64,000 bases of DNA from assembly GCF_000007005.1 (NCBI RefSeq), contig NC_002754.1; one strand, given 5' to 3'. The stretch comes from Saccharolobus solfataricus P2 (lineage in GTDB: Archaea; Thermoproteota; Thermoprotei_A; Sulfolobales; Sulfolobaceae). Positions 23,791-36,278 of the stretch are shown in pieces (the first letter of the stretch is position 1; every line of letters begins with the position of its first letter). The notes under the pieces are model-generated. The model was given only the letters and a program-made list of their open reading frames with translations. It made no database searches and had not been told where the DNA came from. Both the position numbers and the translations under genes were made by a program.

Positions 23791-23859
23791 ATGGCCAAGA
23801 AGAAGAAGGAGCAAGGTGGGCAACAACAACAGAGTGGCGGAGAGCAGAAAAAGAAATAA
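23791..23859 (+). CDS. candidate 22-aa Lys/Gln-rich micro-protein MAKKKKEQGGQQQQSGGEQKKK
   Basis: ATG 23791 to TAA 23859, translated by hand. A purine- and GC-richer island within an AT-rich gap. Confidence 0.4.
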   Translation: MAKKKKEQGGQQQQSGGEQKKK

Positions 23860-23924
23860 CGGGCATCAAACCTATATTATAGTAAAGTATTAAAGTTAAT
23901 CCCTTTTTTACCTCCTTATATCCT

Positions 23925-24593
23925 ATGAAAATTTGTGTGTTATACTCCGGAGGGAAGGATAGTACTTACGCGTTGCATTGGGCAGTTTTCAAAGGATTTG
24001 AGGTTGTCTGCCTAATAACGCTAATACCGAAAAGAGAAGATTCTTGGATGTTCCAATATCCTAACGTGATTTATACTAAATATCAGGCTGAAGCCATGGA
24101 TTTTAAGTTAATTACCTTCGGGACTTCAGGAGAGAAAGATAAGGAACTAGAAGATCTCAAAAAGGCGTTATTACAAGCTAAAAATGAAGGTGCTGATGGA
24201 ATAGTTAGCGGAGCGTTACTTTCCGATTATCAAAGATTAAACATAAGCATAATAGCCGAAGAATTAGGACTAAAGACATATACTCCGCTTTGGAGAAAAA
24301 GCCAAGAAGAATATATGCGATGGTTAGTAAAAGAAGGATTTAAGTTCATAATAACATCAGCCTCCGCCTATGGTTTTCCATTCGATCTAGTAGGTAAGGA
24401 AATCACTACAGAGGATGTGGAGAAAATTATTGAGAGAGCAAGAAGATATGGGTTCAATCCTGCATTTGAGGGTGGAGAAGCTGAAACTTTTGTAACTTAC
24501 GCTCCACTTTTCAAAACACAATTAAGGGTAAATGGTAAATTAAAAAGAATAAGTGAGTACGAATGCAGATACGAAATAACGGATATACATTAA
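23925..24593 (+). CDS. diphthine--ammonia ligase (Dph6)
   Basis: YSGGKDS PP-loop, [24 protein letters not shown]. Confidence 0.9.
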   Translation: MKICVLYSGGKDSTYALHWAVFKGFEVVCLITLIPKREDSWMFQYPNVIYTKYQAEAMDFKLITFGTSGEKDKELEDLKKALLQAKNEGADGIVSGALLSDYQRLNISIIAEELGLKTYTPLWRKSQEEYMRWLVKEGFKFIITSASAYGFPFDLVGKEITTEDVEKIIERARRYGFNPAFEGGEAETFVTYAPLFKTQLRVNGKLKRISEYECRYEITDIH

Positions 24594-25798
24594 AAAATTG
24601 CAGATTTATTGTAAACTATGATAAAATATTGGAAAACGTGAACATAGTAATACAAAATGGATATATAAAAAATGTAGGAAGGGAAGTTGAGGGAGATGAG
24701 GTAGATTGCTCAGAATACATTGCAATACCAGGGCTAGTTAACGCACATACACATACTCCAATGATAATATTGCGTGGATATTATGACGATGCCGAATTAA
24801 CAGAATGGCTAAAAAAGATATGGGAATTTGAAAAAGTTTTCAAGCTAAATGAGATGAACATAGCCTCAGAGTTGGCTATAATGGAAATGTTATCAAAAGG
24901 TACAACAGCTTTCATAGACATGTACTTTAATCCTGAAGGAGTAAAAGAAATTGCAGAAAAGTATGGAATAAGGGCCTATGCTGGTTATACGTTTCTAAAC
25001 AGTTTATTCGAGCCTCATGAGATAGATAAGAAACAAAGACAGCTTAAAACAAGTGAACTGTTTAAACCAATTGTGAACGTACATAGCATTTATTCAACAT
25101 CTATAGAAACATTAAAATTGGCTAAACAAATTGCAGAGGAAACAGACACATGGATTCACATCCATGTATCTGAGACCAGAAGCGAGATTTATGAGATAAA
25201 GAAAAAATATGGCAAGTTCCCAGTAGAGTTATTGAATGAGCTAGGAATCGTAAAAAATGCTCAGTTAGTCCATTTAGGATGGATAGCTAATTGGGAATTA
25301 CGATATGTGAACCAAGCAACTCATTGTCCTACATCGAATATGAAACTTGCTACCGCAGGTTTCTTTCCATTTAAAGAATTGATGGAAAATGGAGTAAACA
25401 TAACCATAGGTACAGATGGAGCAGCGAGTAATAACTCGTTAGATATGTTTAGAGAGATGAAAAATGCAGTATTGCTCCAAAGACATTCGTATTGGGATGT
25501 TGGAGTAAAGGCATTTCATGCATTTAGGGCAGCAACAGAAAATGGATACAAACTTATTAATTTAAAAGGAGGAAGAATAGAAGAAGGTTACATTGCTGAT
25601 ATAGTATTATTAAAGAAGGACAAATTATATCCGCTAAGGAAGGATAGGATTCTATCAAACATTGTTTATTATACCGTAGGTGAATATGTAGGTAAGGTTA
25701 TAGTAAATGGAAGAATAGTTTACGACGAAAAAGTAGAAAGGGAATTTGATAAGAGAAGAAGAGAATTACTTAAGCTTTTGGATGAGATTATATCCTAG
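24563..25798 (+). CDS. amidohydrolase (MTA/SAH deaminase-like)
   Basis: [35 protein letters not shown]. Confidence 0.85.
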   Translation: MQIRNNGYTLKNCRFIVNYDKILENVNIVIQNGYIKNVGREVEGDEVDCSEYIAIPGLVNAHTHTPMIILRGYYDDAELTEWLKKIWEFEKVFKLNEMNIASELAIMEMLSKGTTAFIDMYFNPEGVKEIAEKYGIRAYAGYTFLNSLFEPHEIDKKQRQLKTSELFKPIVNVHSIYSTSIETLKLAKQIAEETDTWIHIHVSETRSEIYEIKKKYGKFPVELLNELGIVKNAQLVHLGWIANWELRYVNQATHCPTSNMKLATAGFFPFKELMENGVNITIGTDGAASNNSLDMFREMKNAVLLQRHSYWDVGVKAFHAFRAATENGYKLINLKGGRIEEGYIADIVLLKKDKLYPLRKDRILSNIVYYTVGEYVGKVIVNGRIVYDEKVEREFDKRRRELLKLLDEIIS

Positions 25799-26650
25799 AC
25801 CGTATGGGAATGAAATAGCCAAAGATAGACCGGGTATTAAATTCAATAAATATTTCTTTGGACCTTTATAATAATAGACACCATAACCTATGAGTGGTAG
25901 ATAGAGGAAAGTTAAGGGATGGAAAATAACTGATAAAATTGCTAATATATAGTAACTACCATAATATGAATAGCCCGTCAAAAAGGTAAAATCTGTAAGA
26001 CCGTCGAACATAAGCATAATGTCGTATTTACTCCTCCAAAGATTTCTTCTAGCTTCAGCGACTGAAGAAGATAAATTAAGCCTTGCGTGAACCTTATTAA
26101 GATGCAAACATCTGCCCTCGGCGGGTTCTACTTTATATCCAGTTTTTTTTAATTTAGCGTAAAGCCAAACATCCTCATCTCTTTCATATCGTTCATCAAA
26201 GTAACCAATCCTCTTAATTACCTCTAGATTAAGCCCTGCGCATCCTAGATTAGGATTATTTTCGGATATAGATAATGGTTTTTCAATTTCCTCTTCTGAA
26301 TAAGCATAATGAATCCAAGTATATGCAACTCCTCTTTCCAGTTTATTTATAATATTATTAGAATAATTCTTAGGTATAACAACATCACTATCTAGCATGA
26401 TCACATATTTATCACTGGCTAACGAAAGCATCTTATTACGTAATCTAGCCATGTTAACCTTTGTCATTCTCTTATCCTTAATATAAACTAATTTATCTTT
26501 CAATTCTTGAAAAAAGTTGTAGATATCTGCTCTCTCACTATTATCATAAATTATCACTTTATCAACTGATTGTAATAATGCGGAATTTACACTTCTTTTA
26601 ACCCATTCAAGCTTATCATTAGGACCCACTGGTATTATAATCTCAACCAT
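25766..26650 (-). CDS. glycosyltransferase family 2 with C-terminal membrane segments
   Basis: IIIPVG start, MLDSDV (DxD), GYFDERY...EDV, hydrophobic tail. Confidence 0.85.
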   Translation of the reverse strand: MVEIIIPVGPNDKLEWVKRSVNSALLQSVDKVIIYDNSERADIYNFFQELKDKLVYIKDKRMTKVNMARLRNKMLSLASDKYVIMLDSDVVIPKNYSNNIINKLERGVAYTWIHYAYSEEEIEKPLSISENNPNLGCAGLNLEVIKRIGYFDERYERDEDVWLYAKLKKTGYKVEPAEGRCLHLNKVHARLNLSSSVAEARRNLWRSKYDIMLMFDGLTDFTFLTGYSYYGSYYILAILSVIFHPLTFLYLPLIGYGVYYYKGPKKYLLNLIPGLSLAISFPYGLGYNLIQKLK

Positions 26651-26669
26651 TCAGAAGTAATAATGGAAT

Positions 26670-27737
26670 ATGAAGAAAATAAAGGTTGCAGTAATAGCCC
26701 ATGGCTTAGGGATGAGTATGGGCTATAGTGGTGAGGGAAATATATATAAAACTTTTTTTGAAATGCTAGAGGAAAGAAAAATAGATTATACTGCAATAAG
26801 CTTTGCAAAGCCTTACAATACATCAATACCCTCAGTGTATACGTTACCCTTCCATTTGCCAAAGCTGGATAAGTATCAAAGATTATTAACCTATTATACA
26901 GCAAAAAAAGTAAAACCGGATTTGTACCTTAACGCATCCGGAGTTCCAATACCACTATCCAAAATAGCTCCACATATAGTTTATGCGGGAGCGCCTTCAA
27001 TAGCTAACCTACCTAGCAAGTATACTAGATCCCTATTTTGGAAACTTTATTTATTACCGTTTCGTCTTGTCATCAATAAAATAAAGGAAGAGGGGAAGAG
27101 GGCAAAGATAATAGCAAACTCTCGTTATTCTGCAAAGGCGATAGCTGAAGTTTACGAAATAAGTGAACCTAAAGTAATATACCCACCAGTGGATGTAGGA
27201 TATTTTCAGAGAGCATATAATGAGGAAAAAAGGGAAAATTTCTTCGTCACAATAGGAAGAATAGAAAGGGGGAAAATGCTTGAAAACTCAATCCTCCTAT
27301 CAGCTAAGAGTGGAGTTAAGGGGGTAATCATTGGTTCATTAAATGAAAAAGACTATCTGAAAAAGCTAATTAACCTTAAGAGAGAACTTAATGCTGATAT
27401 AGAGATTATAACTAATTTACCAAGGGAAGAGCTACTTAAAGTACTCTCTAAGGCTAAAGTGTATTTCCACGCAACGATAGGAGAGCATTTTGGGGTACCA
27501 GTTGTAGAAGCAATGGCAAGTGGAGTTATCCCAATAGTACCTAAAGAGAGTGGAGCTTACGAAGTAGTTCCGGAATTCTCGTATTCTGACATAGAAGAGG
27601 CCGTAACTCTATTAAAGAGCTTATTAGAGAAGGAAAACGTGGAGTTAAGAAGGGAATTAAAAGATAGGGCTCTAAATTTCAGTAAGGAAAACTTTAAGCG
27701 TAAAATATTTAATGAAATTTCTTCTATAATTTTCTAG
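26670..27737 (+). CDS. glycosyltransferase family 4 (Alg11-like)
   Basis: [39 protein letters not shown]. Confidence 0.85.
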   Translation: MKKIKVAVIAHGLGMSMGYSGEGNIYKTFFEMLEERKIDYTAISFAKPYNTSIPSVYTLPFHLPKLDKYQRLLTYYTAKKVKPDLYLNASGVPIPLSKIAPHIVYAGAPSIANLPSKYTRSLFWKLYLLPFRLVINKIKEEGKRAKIIANSRYSAKAIAEVYEISEPKVIYPPVDVGYFQRAYNEEKRENFFVTIGRIERGKMLENSILLSAKSGVKGVIIGSLNEKDYLKKLINLKRELNADIEIITNLPREELLKVLSKAKVYFHATIGEHFGVPVVEAMASGVIPIVPKESGAYEVVPEFSYSDIEEAVTLLKSLLEKENVELRRELKDRALNFSKENFKRKIFNEISSIIF

Positions 27738-29703
27738 CAGTTACAACAGTAAACTTTTCCTTTAAAAGTTCTTCATAAGAGTGGTCCATCATGTCCTTAG
27801 AATACTCATTAACTACTGGGGACAACTCCTTAAACTCCTCCTCAGTCAATTCTCTATATTCGTACATCGGAACTCCAATTTTCTCCTCAAACAATTTCTT
27901 CGCGTATTCCTTGGCTTCTCCTTTTAACTTATTAACAATCCCTATATACTCTTCATTCTTTAATGAATCATATTCTTCACTAGAAATTAAACCTTCTAAG
28001 AATAGCGCTTTTATTAGTCTCATCACCTCATACTTAGGTGGTTGTAATCCTAACTTTGATGGGGAAACTTTACCTCTTATGTATATCCTACCCCCTACCA
28101 TTCCCGTTCCTACAAAATTTCCTACTGGTTCTCCATTGTATCCCTTACCAAACACTATTATTGAACCTCCAGCCATATATTCTCCTAGATAATCATCGAC
28201 AATACCGCCTATTATGAGATATGGTCTTTTATCCTTATATTCTCTCATCTGAATACCGACTCTATTCCCGGCATTACCCTTAACGAAAATCTTACCGTTC
28301 TGAAAAGTCTGAGCTAAAACATCTCTTGCATCGCCGTAAATTACTACCTTCCCTCCATGCATGGTATCGCAACAATCATCAGCGACATTTCCATAAACAT
28401 AAAACTCATTACCCTCATTTAAGTTTGCCATAGCGTTTCCGATCACACCATAAAGGTTAATCCTCAAATTATTTATACCTCTAGCAGGTAGATTTATCCC
28501 AATATATCTATGACCTAAAACATTGGCAACTGTTATTTCCCTCTTTCCTTTTTCAGCTAACTTAAGGATCTCATAATTTAACTCCTTATACCCTATATTA
28601 TAGGCATTAATATCATACTTTTCTGGAACCATTATTGGGGGAGGAGAAAATGTCTTTAACTCTTCATTGCTCCTACCGTACGATATGACTCCCTTTTTGT
28701 AAGACGCTATAAAATAAGAACCGGGTTTGAGCGTCCAAACTTTGGCCTTAGGGCTTACTTCCCTAATCTCATTCTCCTCACTTGCTATATAATAATACGA
28801 ATCATCCTCACCAACTATGGCCGGCCTAAATTTAGATCTATCAGCAATAGCTATCAAATATAAATCATCACCAGAATCATAACCAATAACTGCAGTAAAT
28901 GGACCATCAAGTCTAGCGTTTCTATATAGATAATCAACGTCTTTAGGTAAGCCATCGAATCTTCTAGATGGATTAATTAGAATCTTTACCGCTTCTTCAA
29001 CAGTTAAGCCTTCTGCGATGAGTTCCTCAAATAAGAAAGCCAATACTTCACTGTCAGTTCCTACAAAACTATTTAACCCCCTTGAGTTTAGATATTCAAC
29101 GTTTGCGCCAAATGAGCTAACATCACCATTATGTACTATAGCAATATTAAATGAGGAAAAAGGATGAGACCAAAATGGATAATAACCAGGAGAATTCGTG
29201 GGCTGTCTAGTATGTGCTAACCATAAATCACCCTCGATTTCCTCAACACGATATTGTTCAGCTACATCTCTAGGATATCCAACACCCTTATAAACATGAA
29301 GAGAACTACCAACGCTATATACTCTGCCTTTCCTCTCTTTACCATTCCACATAATCTCATTTATATTCCTTATAGCCTTCCTAACTTCATTTATATCGCC
29401 TAAAGCAATTAGATTACAATCACACAAATTCGAATACTTACTTACTAACTCAACATTCTTAACTTCTATACCATACTTACTAAATACCTCCTTTAGTTCA
29501 CTTGGGTTTCCATTATAAAATGCTTTAATAACATAATAGTTTCTTTTTTCTAAATTAAATACAGCAAATCCTGCACCCTTATCACTACCCCTATATCTAA
29601 CTCTATCTATTGCTCTTACAACTAAATCGCCTTTAACTTTAGGGGCATCTCTTTTCCTTAAGATCCCAAAAACACCACAACCAGAAGGATAATAGTCAAC
29701 CAT
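27724..29703 (-). CDS. glutamate synthase subunit: class II glutamine amidotransferase fused to GXGXG beta-helix
   Basis: N-terminal CGVFG, AHTRQPT, HNGD and TDSE, then GXGXG repeats ([11 protein letters not shown]-like, GTGMVGG). Confidence 0.85.
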   Translation of the reverse strand: MVDYYPSGCGVFGILRKRDAPKVKGDLVVRAIDRVRYRGSDKGAGFAVFNLEKRNYYVIKAFYNGNPSELKEVFSKYGIEVKNVELVSKYSNLCDCNLIALGDINEVRKAIRNINEIMWNGKERKGRVYSVGSSLHVYKGVGYPRDVAEQYRVEEIEGDLWLAHTRQPTNSPGYYPFWSHPFSSFNIAIVHNGDVSSFGANVEYLNSRGLNSFVGTDSEVLAFLFEELIAEGLTVEEAVKILINPSRRFDGLPKDVDYLYRNARLDGPFTAVIGYDSGDDLYLIAIADRSKFRPAIVGEDDSYYYIASEENEIREVSPKAKVWTLKPGSYFIASYKKGVISYGRSNEELKTFSPPPIMVPEKYDINAYNIGYKELNYEILKLAEKGKREITVANVLGHRYIGINLPARGINNLRINLYGVIGNAMANLNEGNEFYVYGNVADDCCDTMHGGKVVIYGDARDVLAQTFQNGKIFVKGNAGNRVGIQMREYKDKRPYLIIGGIVDDYLGEYMAGGSIIVFGKGYNGEPVGNFVGTGMVGGRIYIRGKVSPSKLGLQPPKYEVMRLIKALFLEGLISSEEYDSLKNEEYIGIVNKLKGEAKEYAKKLFEEKIGVPMYEYRELTEEEFKELSPVVNEYSKDMMDHSYEELLKEKFTVVTARKL

Positions 29704-31946
29704 TATAAAGACCCCGCTGGTTTTATTCTAAGTGCTTTCCTTATAGAATGATTCAAATTGATAGAACGTAATAACTCCCTATTACCAGTCAAGGTGGATT
29801 GGACACTATAAACTCCAGCTGCACCAGCAAGCAATGCTATTTCCTTCTTCATTCCAGTTATGAGACTGAAGGCTTTTTCTTTCAAATTACCCTTATTTCC
29901 CTCACCTATGGCTTTTTCTAAAATAAAGTAAGGCATTATGACAGAATCCGCACCTAATAGAATCAATTTGAAAGCGTCTGCAGAATGTCTTAGTCTGCTT
30001 GATTTAGCTAAAATATCATAATGATTTCTAACACCCACTTCCTTTAATTTGGTATCTAAAGCACTAACAACCAATTCTAGATCACTATTTCCGCTGTCCT
30101 CATCAATTATGAACCCTTGAACACCCATTCCAATAACTTCATCTATTACGTTCTCATCCGCGGGTATCAAGAGATACGAGTTTTCATAAATCTCGTTCCT
30201 ACTCCACCTAGCGATACCTCTTCCATCACTACTTATGAAAACTTCTGCGTACTTGTCAATAGTTTCGTAATCGAAAACTGCTGAAGACAACGCTAGGGCA
30301 CTCCAACTGAACGCTTCCTTATACTCTAAAGGAGCTTCAGTGATGTCAAAAATTATTGGAAGGGATAAGTATATCTCTCCACCTTTAAGATAAAAGGAAG
30401 TATCTACGTCTTCCCTATAAGGATCTATTGAAGGCCTAGTAACTTGAGCTCCATCAGATCTGAGCCAATCAATTATTCTAGCTGGTTTCTCCACATCTGG
30501 TGGTGCAGTACTTCCCATGCTAGTTATTACTGGATTTCCCTTATTCATCAATTCGTGCATATAAGCAATAATTCTCCTATTCCACAATTCACCCAATTTA
30601 GGATTCGCTTCATCCTCTGTACCGTCAATTCCTAGAGTTTCTAAAGTATCTTTACTCAAACCATGCCCGTAAAGGAGATCTCTTCTACCCCTAAGCTCTC
30701 TAATATTATTTAACCCTAAATTGTCTAAAATATTGGCTAATTCAAGAGAAAACCCATTAATAAAATTAACTAACATCTTAACTCCAAACTCTGTATCAAC
30801 TACTCTAGTTCCATCAATCTTTGCAGTCAAACCTGTAGGACATGAGCCTACATGACACTTATGTACCATGACACAGCCCATGGCAATTAAGGCTCCAGTA
30901 CCAACACTTACTATATCAGCACCTAAAGCAAATAGTTTGGCAGCATCCGTAGCTGACGAAACCCTACCAGCAGCTATGATAGTAAACTTATCCCTAAGGC
31001 CTTCTCTCCTTAAAATCTTGTCAGCTGAGGCTATAGCTAGCTCTATTGGTATGCCAACGTTATCCCTTATAACAACAGGTGTAGCACCCGTCCCTGCTCC
31101 ATGTCCATCTATTATAACACCATCAGCCCCCATTCTGGCAATACCAGACACTATATAAGGAATGTAGTTAGTTGCTGCCACTTTAACGAAAACAGGCCTT
31201 CCAGTGGCTTCTTTTAATGCCTCTATTCTTTGCCCAAGATCCTCAATGGAATAAATGTCATGGTGAGGTGCTGGAGATATGGCATCTATACCGATTGGGA
31301 TCCTTCTAGTTAAAGATATTGGCTCAGTAACTTTATTGCCTGGTAAATGACCGCCAATTCCAGGCTTAGCTCCTTGCCCAATTTTTATTACAACCCCCAT
31401 ACCAGCAGTTAAAACTCTAATATCAACGCCGAATCTAGCTGAGGCCCACTGTACAAAAATCCTCTTATGTTTAGCAACTTCTGGGTGCAGACCACCTTCT
31501 CCGGTACCAGCTAGAGTTTCAGTCAAATCAGCCGCAGTGGCAATTGCTATATTTGGATTACCACTCAACGCTCCATAAGACATATCACCTAGATATAATG
31601 GAGACTTCATGTAAATTCCAGAAAATTCTAGCTCTAGATTTGCCTTAGGGGTCAAAGATATTGAAGTTGCTTTATCGAGCTTAAATCTAACCTTGTCTAA
31701 TACTCTTAAAGAGTTCATGTCCTCATTAAATATTTTATAAGGCTTTCCTGTTAAAGAGAGATATCTGATGTGTTCTACCTTTTCCACAGTCCAAAATTCG
31801 TCATTAAATTGTTTTGGTATTGGTAGATATTTGTTGTATACGAGCAATCTAACCTCATGATAACTGTAATGAAATATATTATATAACTGTTTATGAGAAA
31901 TTCTACTGTAAAGTATGGTTCCCAATTTATTATATTCTATTATCAT
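29703..31946 (-). CDS. glutamate synthase FMN-binding subunit with duplicated degenerate C-terminal barrel
   Basis: [43 protein letters not shown] (3Fe-4S). Real start may be TTG 31847 after GAGGT. Confidence 0.85.
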   Translation of the reverse strand: MIIEYNKLGTILYSRISHKQLYNIFHYSYHEVRLLVYNKYLPIPKQFNDEFWTVEKVEHIRYLSLTGKPYKIFNEDMNSLRVLDKVRFKLDKATSISLTPKANLELEFSGIYMKSPLYLGDMSYGALSGNPNIAIATAADLTETLAGTGEGGLHPEVAKHKRIFVQWASARFGVDIRVLTAGMGVVIKIGQGAKPGIGGHLPGNKVTEPISLTRRIPIGIDAISPAPHHDIYSIEDLGQRIEALKEATGRPVFVKVAATNYIPYIVSGIARMGADGVIIDGHGAGTGATPVVIRDNVGIPIELAIASADKILRREGLRDKFTIIAAGRVSSATDAAKLFALGADIVSVGTGALIAMGCVMVHKCHVGSCPTGLTAKIDGTRVVDTEFGVKMLVNFINGFSLELANILDNLGLNNIRELRGRRDLLYGHGLSKDTLETLGIDGTEDEANPKLGELWNRRIIAYMHELMNKGNPVITSMGSTAPPDVEKPARIIDWLRSDGAQVTRPSIDPYREDVDTSFYLKGGEIYLSLPIIFDITEAPLEYKEAFSWSALALSSAVFDYETIDKYAEVFISSDGRGIARWSRNEIYENSYLLIPADENVIDEVIGMGVQGFIIDEDSGNSDLELVVSALDTKLKEVGVRNHYDILAKSSRLRHSADAFKLILLGADSVIMPYFILEKAIGEGNKGNLKEKAFSLITGMKKEIALLAGAAGVYSVQSTLTGNRELLRSINLNHSIRKALRIKPAGSL

Positions 31947-32211
31947 GAAACTATCTCTTAAGTTCGGAAATCAAACCTCATATTAACGCCAATCAAAACT
32001 AATTACTAAATAGTCTATGAAATTTATGAATAGTTTTTAATCAATGCCTTCAACAATAGAAAGAGTTATGTGCATATTCATCAATATATAAAAAGAATTC
32101 TGCTATACAAAAAAGGATCTCAATACTTGATATTATATAAAAAAATTATAGAAATAATGAAATATAATAACAGATAGTGAAATTTTTCTTAACAACTTTC
32201 AGATAAAGAAG

Positions 32212-32292
<81 letters not shown>

Positions 32293-32337
32293 AGTTTCAC
32301 TACAAATTGTTTATAAAGGTTTATTTTAAGCTTTCTG

Positions 32338-32395
32338 ATTATCAGCTTTTCCAGCGATAATCATCAAATCATTGGACCCTCTCATCATCATAATC
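32338..32395 (-). ncRNA. box C/D sRNA directly upstream of tRNA-Gly
   Basis: On the minus strand: C AUGAUGA 32391-32385, D' AUGA 32372-32369, C' UUGAUGA 32367-32361, D CUGA 32345-32342. TATA-like TTTTTAAA at 32418-32411. Confidence 0.8.
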
Positions 32396-32459
32396 TAATT
32401 TACTCTTCACTTTAAAAAGGCGAGACTTTCTGTTGGGTTTACTATTTAAAGACAAAAAT

Positions 32460-33716
32460 TTAATCTCTTCTAATCGCATCGATTGCCGTAAGTCTCGCAG
32501 CTTTCCAAGCTGGGTAAATACCAGCTATTAAACTTACAGCAACTGCTACTACTAATGCTATTAAAATGGCTTCTATTGAAATAACTGGTTTAAATGTGAA
32601 GGCCGATGAAGATGCGGCTGTTCCAAATCTGCCAAAACCACCACCTCCTCTAAATCCACTTGAGCTAACAGTTGTTGAGGTACCAGATGCAGACTGTGAT
32701 GTTATTGCTGATAAAAGATCAATAAATGACGTACCCACTAAACCTACCAATATACCAACTATGCCCCCTATTAGCCCTATTATTCCAGATTCTGCTAAAA
32801 AAACTAATAGAATATCTCTAGTTGTCAGACCTACTGTTTTCATTATACCTATTTCTCTTATCCTCTGATAAACTCTACTTAACATTATTGCCATTATTCC
32901 TACAGCACCTACGAAAAGAGATATTGATGCAACTGATATTAATAGAAAACTAAATCCAGATGTTATAGTAGATACTGTATTGATTAACTGTTGAACCGAG
33001 ATAACACTTAACTGATTACCATATATTTCTTCAATAAGGTTTACCACGTTATTAACATCATTAACTGATTGAGCATTTATTATCAATTCGCTATACGAAG
33101 TTCTGTTTAGAATTGCCATTGCCTCGTTCAAGGGTAAAAATATAGACGTTTCAGAATTAGATAGAGGATTAGCACCAGATGGAGATAGTACCCCTACAAC
33201 TTCTAATGCTACACTATTACCCCTTGAAACTTGAACAGTAATTATATCCCCTGGTGAGAAGAAAATCCCTGGAGCTGGATTCGCTACTTCTGATCCAATT
33301 ACAGTTTCTGGAGAAGTAACTGGAGGATAAACTGACCCGCTTTCCAGTAACACTTGGCCAAGAAGTGCTGACAAGTTATCTATTCCAATGATACTAACCC
33401 CTATTGGTTGCCCCTCAACATTCATTTCCCCGAAACCGCTAACTACTGGATAAACTGCCTTAATCCCCGGCAAACTCGCTATAGTTGCTACGGTAGCTTG
33501 AGTTAAGCTAGCGCCACCCCTAGGTAAAACTAAAATTGTACTAGGTCCCAACGACTCCACAACTGATAAGACTGATTGACTTACACCTTGTGTAAAAGCA
33601 ACTAGTACAGTCACACTAGCTACTCCTATCATCACTGATATTATAGCTAAAATCGCTATCGCTTTCCTAGATACTAACCCCTTATATGCTAGCCATAAAA
33701 TATCTAATGAATTCAC
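32460..33716 (-). CDS. ABC transporter permease (MacB/FtsX family)
   Basis: MIGVASV first TM, large extracellular domain, RIREIGIMKTVG, AGIYPAWKAA. Confidence 0.9.
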   Translation of the reverse strand: MNSLDILWLAYKGLVSRKAIAILAIISVMIGVASVTVLVAFTQGVSQSVLSVVESLGPSTILVLPRGGASLTQATVATIASLPGIKAVYPVVSGFGEMNVEGQPIGVSIIGIDNLSALLGQVLLESGSVYPPVTSPETVIGSEVANPAPGIFFSPGDIITVQVSRGNSVALEVVGVLSPSGANPLSNSETSIFLPLNEAMAILNRTSYSELIINAQSVNDVNNVVNLIEEIYGNQLSVISVQQLINTVSTITSGFSFLLISVASISLFVGAVGIMAIMLSRVYQRIREIGIMKTVGLTTRDILLVFLAESGIIGLIGGIVGILVGLVGTSFIDLLSAITSQSASGTSTTVSSSGFRGGGGFGRFGTAASSSAFTFKPVISIEAILIALVVAVAVSLIAGIYPAWKAARLTAIDAIRRD

Positions 33717-33722
33717 TATTAA

Positions 33723-36278
33723 TCACCTTCTTTTTCTTAATAATACTATCACTAAGACTACAACTACGATTATTACAATTATTATACCTAATATGTCAAT
33801 TAGAGATATGTGAGAATTATTACTACTTCTTGAGAACGAGATGAAGAAACTAGAAGAACTATTTGAGACTTGTAGTGTGATACTTGAATTTGAGTGTATA
33901 ACTTGTCCAATGTCATTAGTATAAGTATACTCTATAGGAATAACATAAGAACCTGGCTTAGTGGAGTTAAGTATTCTAAATGCAAAGGTAAATGTTGATG
34001 AGGTATCCGAACCTAAATTACCTACATAATAAGTGTTTTGACCTATTACCACAACGCCTCTAGGTGGAAATACCGTAACTGTGAGACCGTTAGCAGGACC
34101 AGTACCAAAATTATAGATGGTCGCTGTAACTGAAACTATGCCACCTCTTACTGCAACCGTAGGAACTGAGGAAACACCAGTTATTATAATGTTAACTGAA
34201 CCTGCAGCTAGACTATTAATAACTTCTTGAGCTTGCTTTAATTGTCCAGCCTGATAATACGATATACTAGCGCTTATACTAATTATTCCAGCGCTCTGAG
34301 TATATACTTTGACGGGAATATCTAATCTTTGCAAAGGTTGAAGCGAGGGTAGAGTTATTGTCGTTGTATTAATATAAAGTGTTCCTTGAGAGGCTAATGA
34401 TATGGTAACGTTATACAATGGTTGATTTACTGTGTTTTGTATTATGATCGTTGCATCCTCTACTTGACCAGTTAGTAATGTAGAAGAATTGAATTGAATT
34501 AAAATTGGTATAGTTGGTGAATTGATCTGTATAACGTAAACTGGAACTGTAATTTGCTCTTGTCTTTCTATATTACCTTGGTAATAAACAATCGATATTG
34601 AGATAGAATAACTCCCAGAGCCTTGTGCGTAAACAGTTATAGGTAATTCGTATTTAGAAGTAGGTTTGAGAGACGGTAAATTAAACGCTGTAGCATTAAC
34701 GTAAACTGGTGACGAAAGGGTAATTGATAGATTGTAAAGGGTAGTATTTAACGAGTTTGTCAATACAAGATACGTAGTTGTAAACGAATTTGGTGAAATT
34801 ATCCCTGGGTTTAAAGAGGCGATAATAGGGGTATTTGGTGAAATTAGAGGAGAAACGTAAAGGCCTATCTGTTGTTGATACTGCGACTGTTGATAAACTG
34901 AATTTAAATACGATATTGAAATAGTGAACTGTACAGGAGCTCCTTGATAAGTAGATGGAACATAAACTTCTAAAGGTATTTTAACCGATTGAGTTGGAGA
35001 TAGTGATTGAATTTTAGGCAAGTTATTAAGGATGGATACTTGTTGAGAGGAAACGGAAAGGGATAGATTGTATATACTTCCAGATCCTAGATTTAATATA
35101 ACTAGAGTAATATTGTTAACTTCTCCTGGATATAATAAAGAGGTTTCAGGGTAAACTTCTATATTCGGTTGACCCATAAGGAACATAGTAAATGACATAT
35201 ACTGTAATGTATTTACAACTACGCCGTTACCTTCTATAGTGCTCCAAATTATCTTTAAAGGAATTGTATATGCACCTAAAGATACATTACGAATATTAAT
35301 AGTAAAAGATACCGTGAACTCCTCATAAGGTTGCAGTGGTCCCCCATTGATGTAAACAGAATTTCCACCAGTTATATTAGTAAAGCCATTTGGTAAAATA
35401 AGTTGAATTGAATAGCTACTTACTGAAATGGGACCGGTATAAATTAACTGAAGAGTTATTGGAACTCCTAATTGATATGAACCAGCAGGTAAGATAACGT
35501 AAGGAGTTATTAGCTTCCCTCCAACAGTCTGATTACTGTTAATTGTAATTGTCACATTAAGCGAATGATATGTGCCATATACGAAGGCTGTAAGTGGTAT
35601 TTTATATGTACCAATTGTCGCATTATTATAAATATTTGCTATTGCTTGAACATTAAGTGAGGAACCAGCGCTAATAATTGGTATATTTATCTCTTTAGTT
35701 ATGAATTGTAATGGATATGTTGAGTTTAAGAACAAGGCTACGTTATTGGCAGTAACAGTTCCAGTGTTGTATATTACTAAATTTATTGGAACGTACTGTT
35801 CACCTGGAAATACTGTACCGCTAGTTTGAGCTATTGCAGAAAGTTGTACATATCCAAGAATAGGAATTTGCACTGTAATTATCTGCGATTGCTCTGCTCC
35901 GTTTTCTAGATATGTTGCTTGCAGATAGAAATTATATACACCTAAAGGTATATTAGGTGTAATATTTCCAATGAATACAAGTGAATATTGTTGATTGGGA
36001 AACATTGAGGGAAGAATGTATGTTTGTGTAGACGGATAAACTATAAAAGGACCACTTTCTATTGGAGAAATTTCCACATTTGTTATATTCCCATTTCCGT
36101 GATATACTAAATTTACTTGTAACTGTACTAATCTTTCCCCCGGAGTTACATAAGGTGTAGAAGAAAGCCATTGTGAAGATGCTGAAAAAGACGATTGTGT
36201 GGCAGAGGATGTTAATGGAATAAATAACAACGACACTAAAAATAGTGATATAGTAATAATGGAGAATATTTTACTCAT
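33723..36278 (-). CDS. large secreted, C-terminally anchored multi-Ig-like protein (COG1361 S-layer domain)
   Basis: Signal peptide, repeated beta-rich modules (N.G...A.N, G.Y.IPL..Y), C-terminal TM helix plus RKRR. Confidence 0.75.
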   Translation of the reverse strand: MSKIFSIITISLFLVSLLFIPLTSSATQSSFSASSQWLSSTPYVTPGERLVQLQVNLVYHGNGNITNVEISPIESGPFIVYPSTQTYILPSMFPNQQYSLVFIGNITPNIPLGVYNFYLQATYLENGAEQSQIITVQIPILGYVQLSAIAQTSGTVFPGEQYVPINLVIYNTGTVTANNVALFLNSTYPLQFITKEINIPIISAGSSLNVQAIANIYNNATIGTYKIPLTAFVYGTYHSLNVTITINSNQTVGGKLITPYVILPAGSYQLGVPITLQLIYTGPISVSSYSIQLILPNGFTNITGGNSVYINGGPLQPYEEFTVSFTINIRNVSLGAYTIPLKIIWSTIEGNGVVVNTLQYMSFTMFLMGQPNIEVYPETSLLYPGEVNNITLVILNLGSGSIYNLSLSVSSQQVSILNNLPKIQSLSPTQSVKIPLEVYVPSTYQGAPVQFTISISYLNSVYQQSQYQQQIGLYVSPLISPNTPIIASLNPGIISPNSFTTTYLVLTNSLNTTLYNLSITLSSPVYVNATAFNLPSLKPTSKYELPITVYAQGSGSYSISISIVYYQGNIERQEQITVPVYVIQINSPTIPILIQFNSSTLLTGQVEDATIIIQNTVNQPLYNVTISLASQGTLYINTTTITLPSLQPLQRLDIPVKVYTQSAGIISISASISYYQAGQLKQAQEVINSLAAGSVNIIITGVSSVPTVAVRGGIVSVTATIYNFGTGPANGLTVTVFPPRGVVVIGQNTYYVGNLGSDTSSTFTFAFRILNSTKPGSYVIPIEYTYTNDIGQVIHSNSSITLQVSNSSSSFFISFSRSSNNSHISLIDILGIIIVIIVVVVLVIVLLRKRR

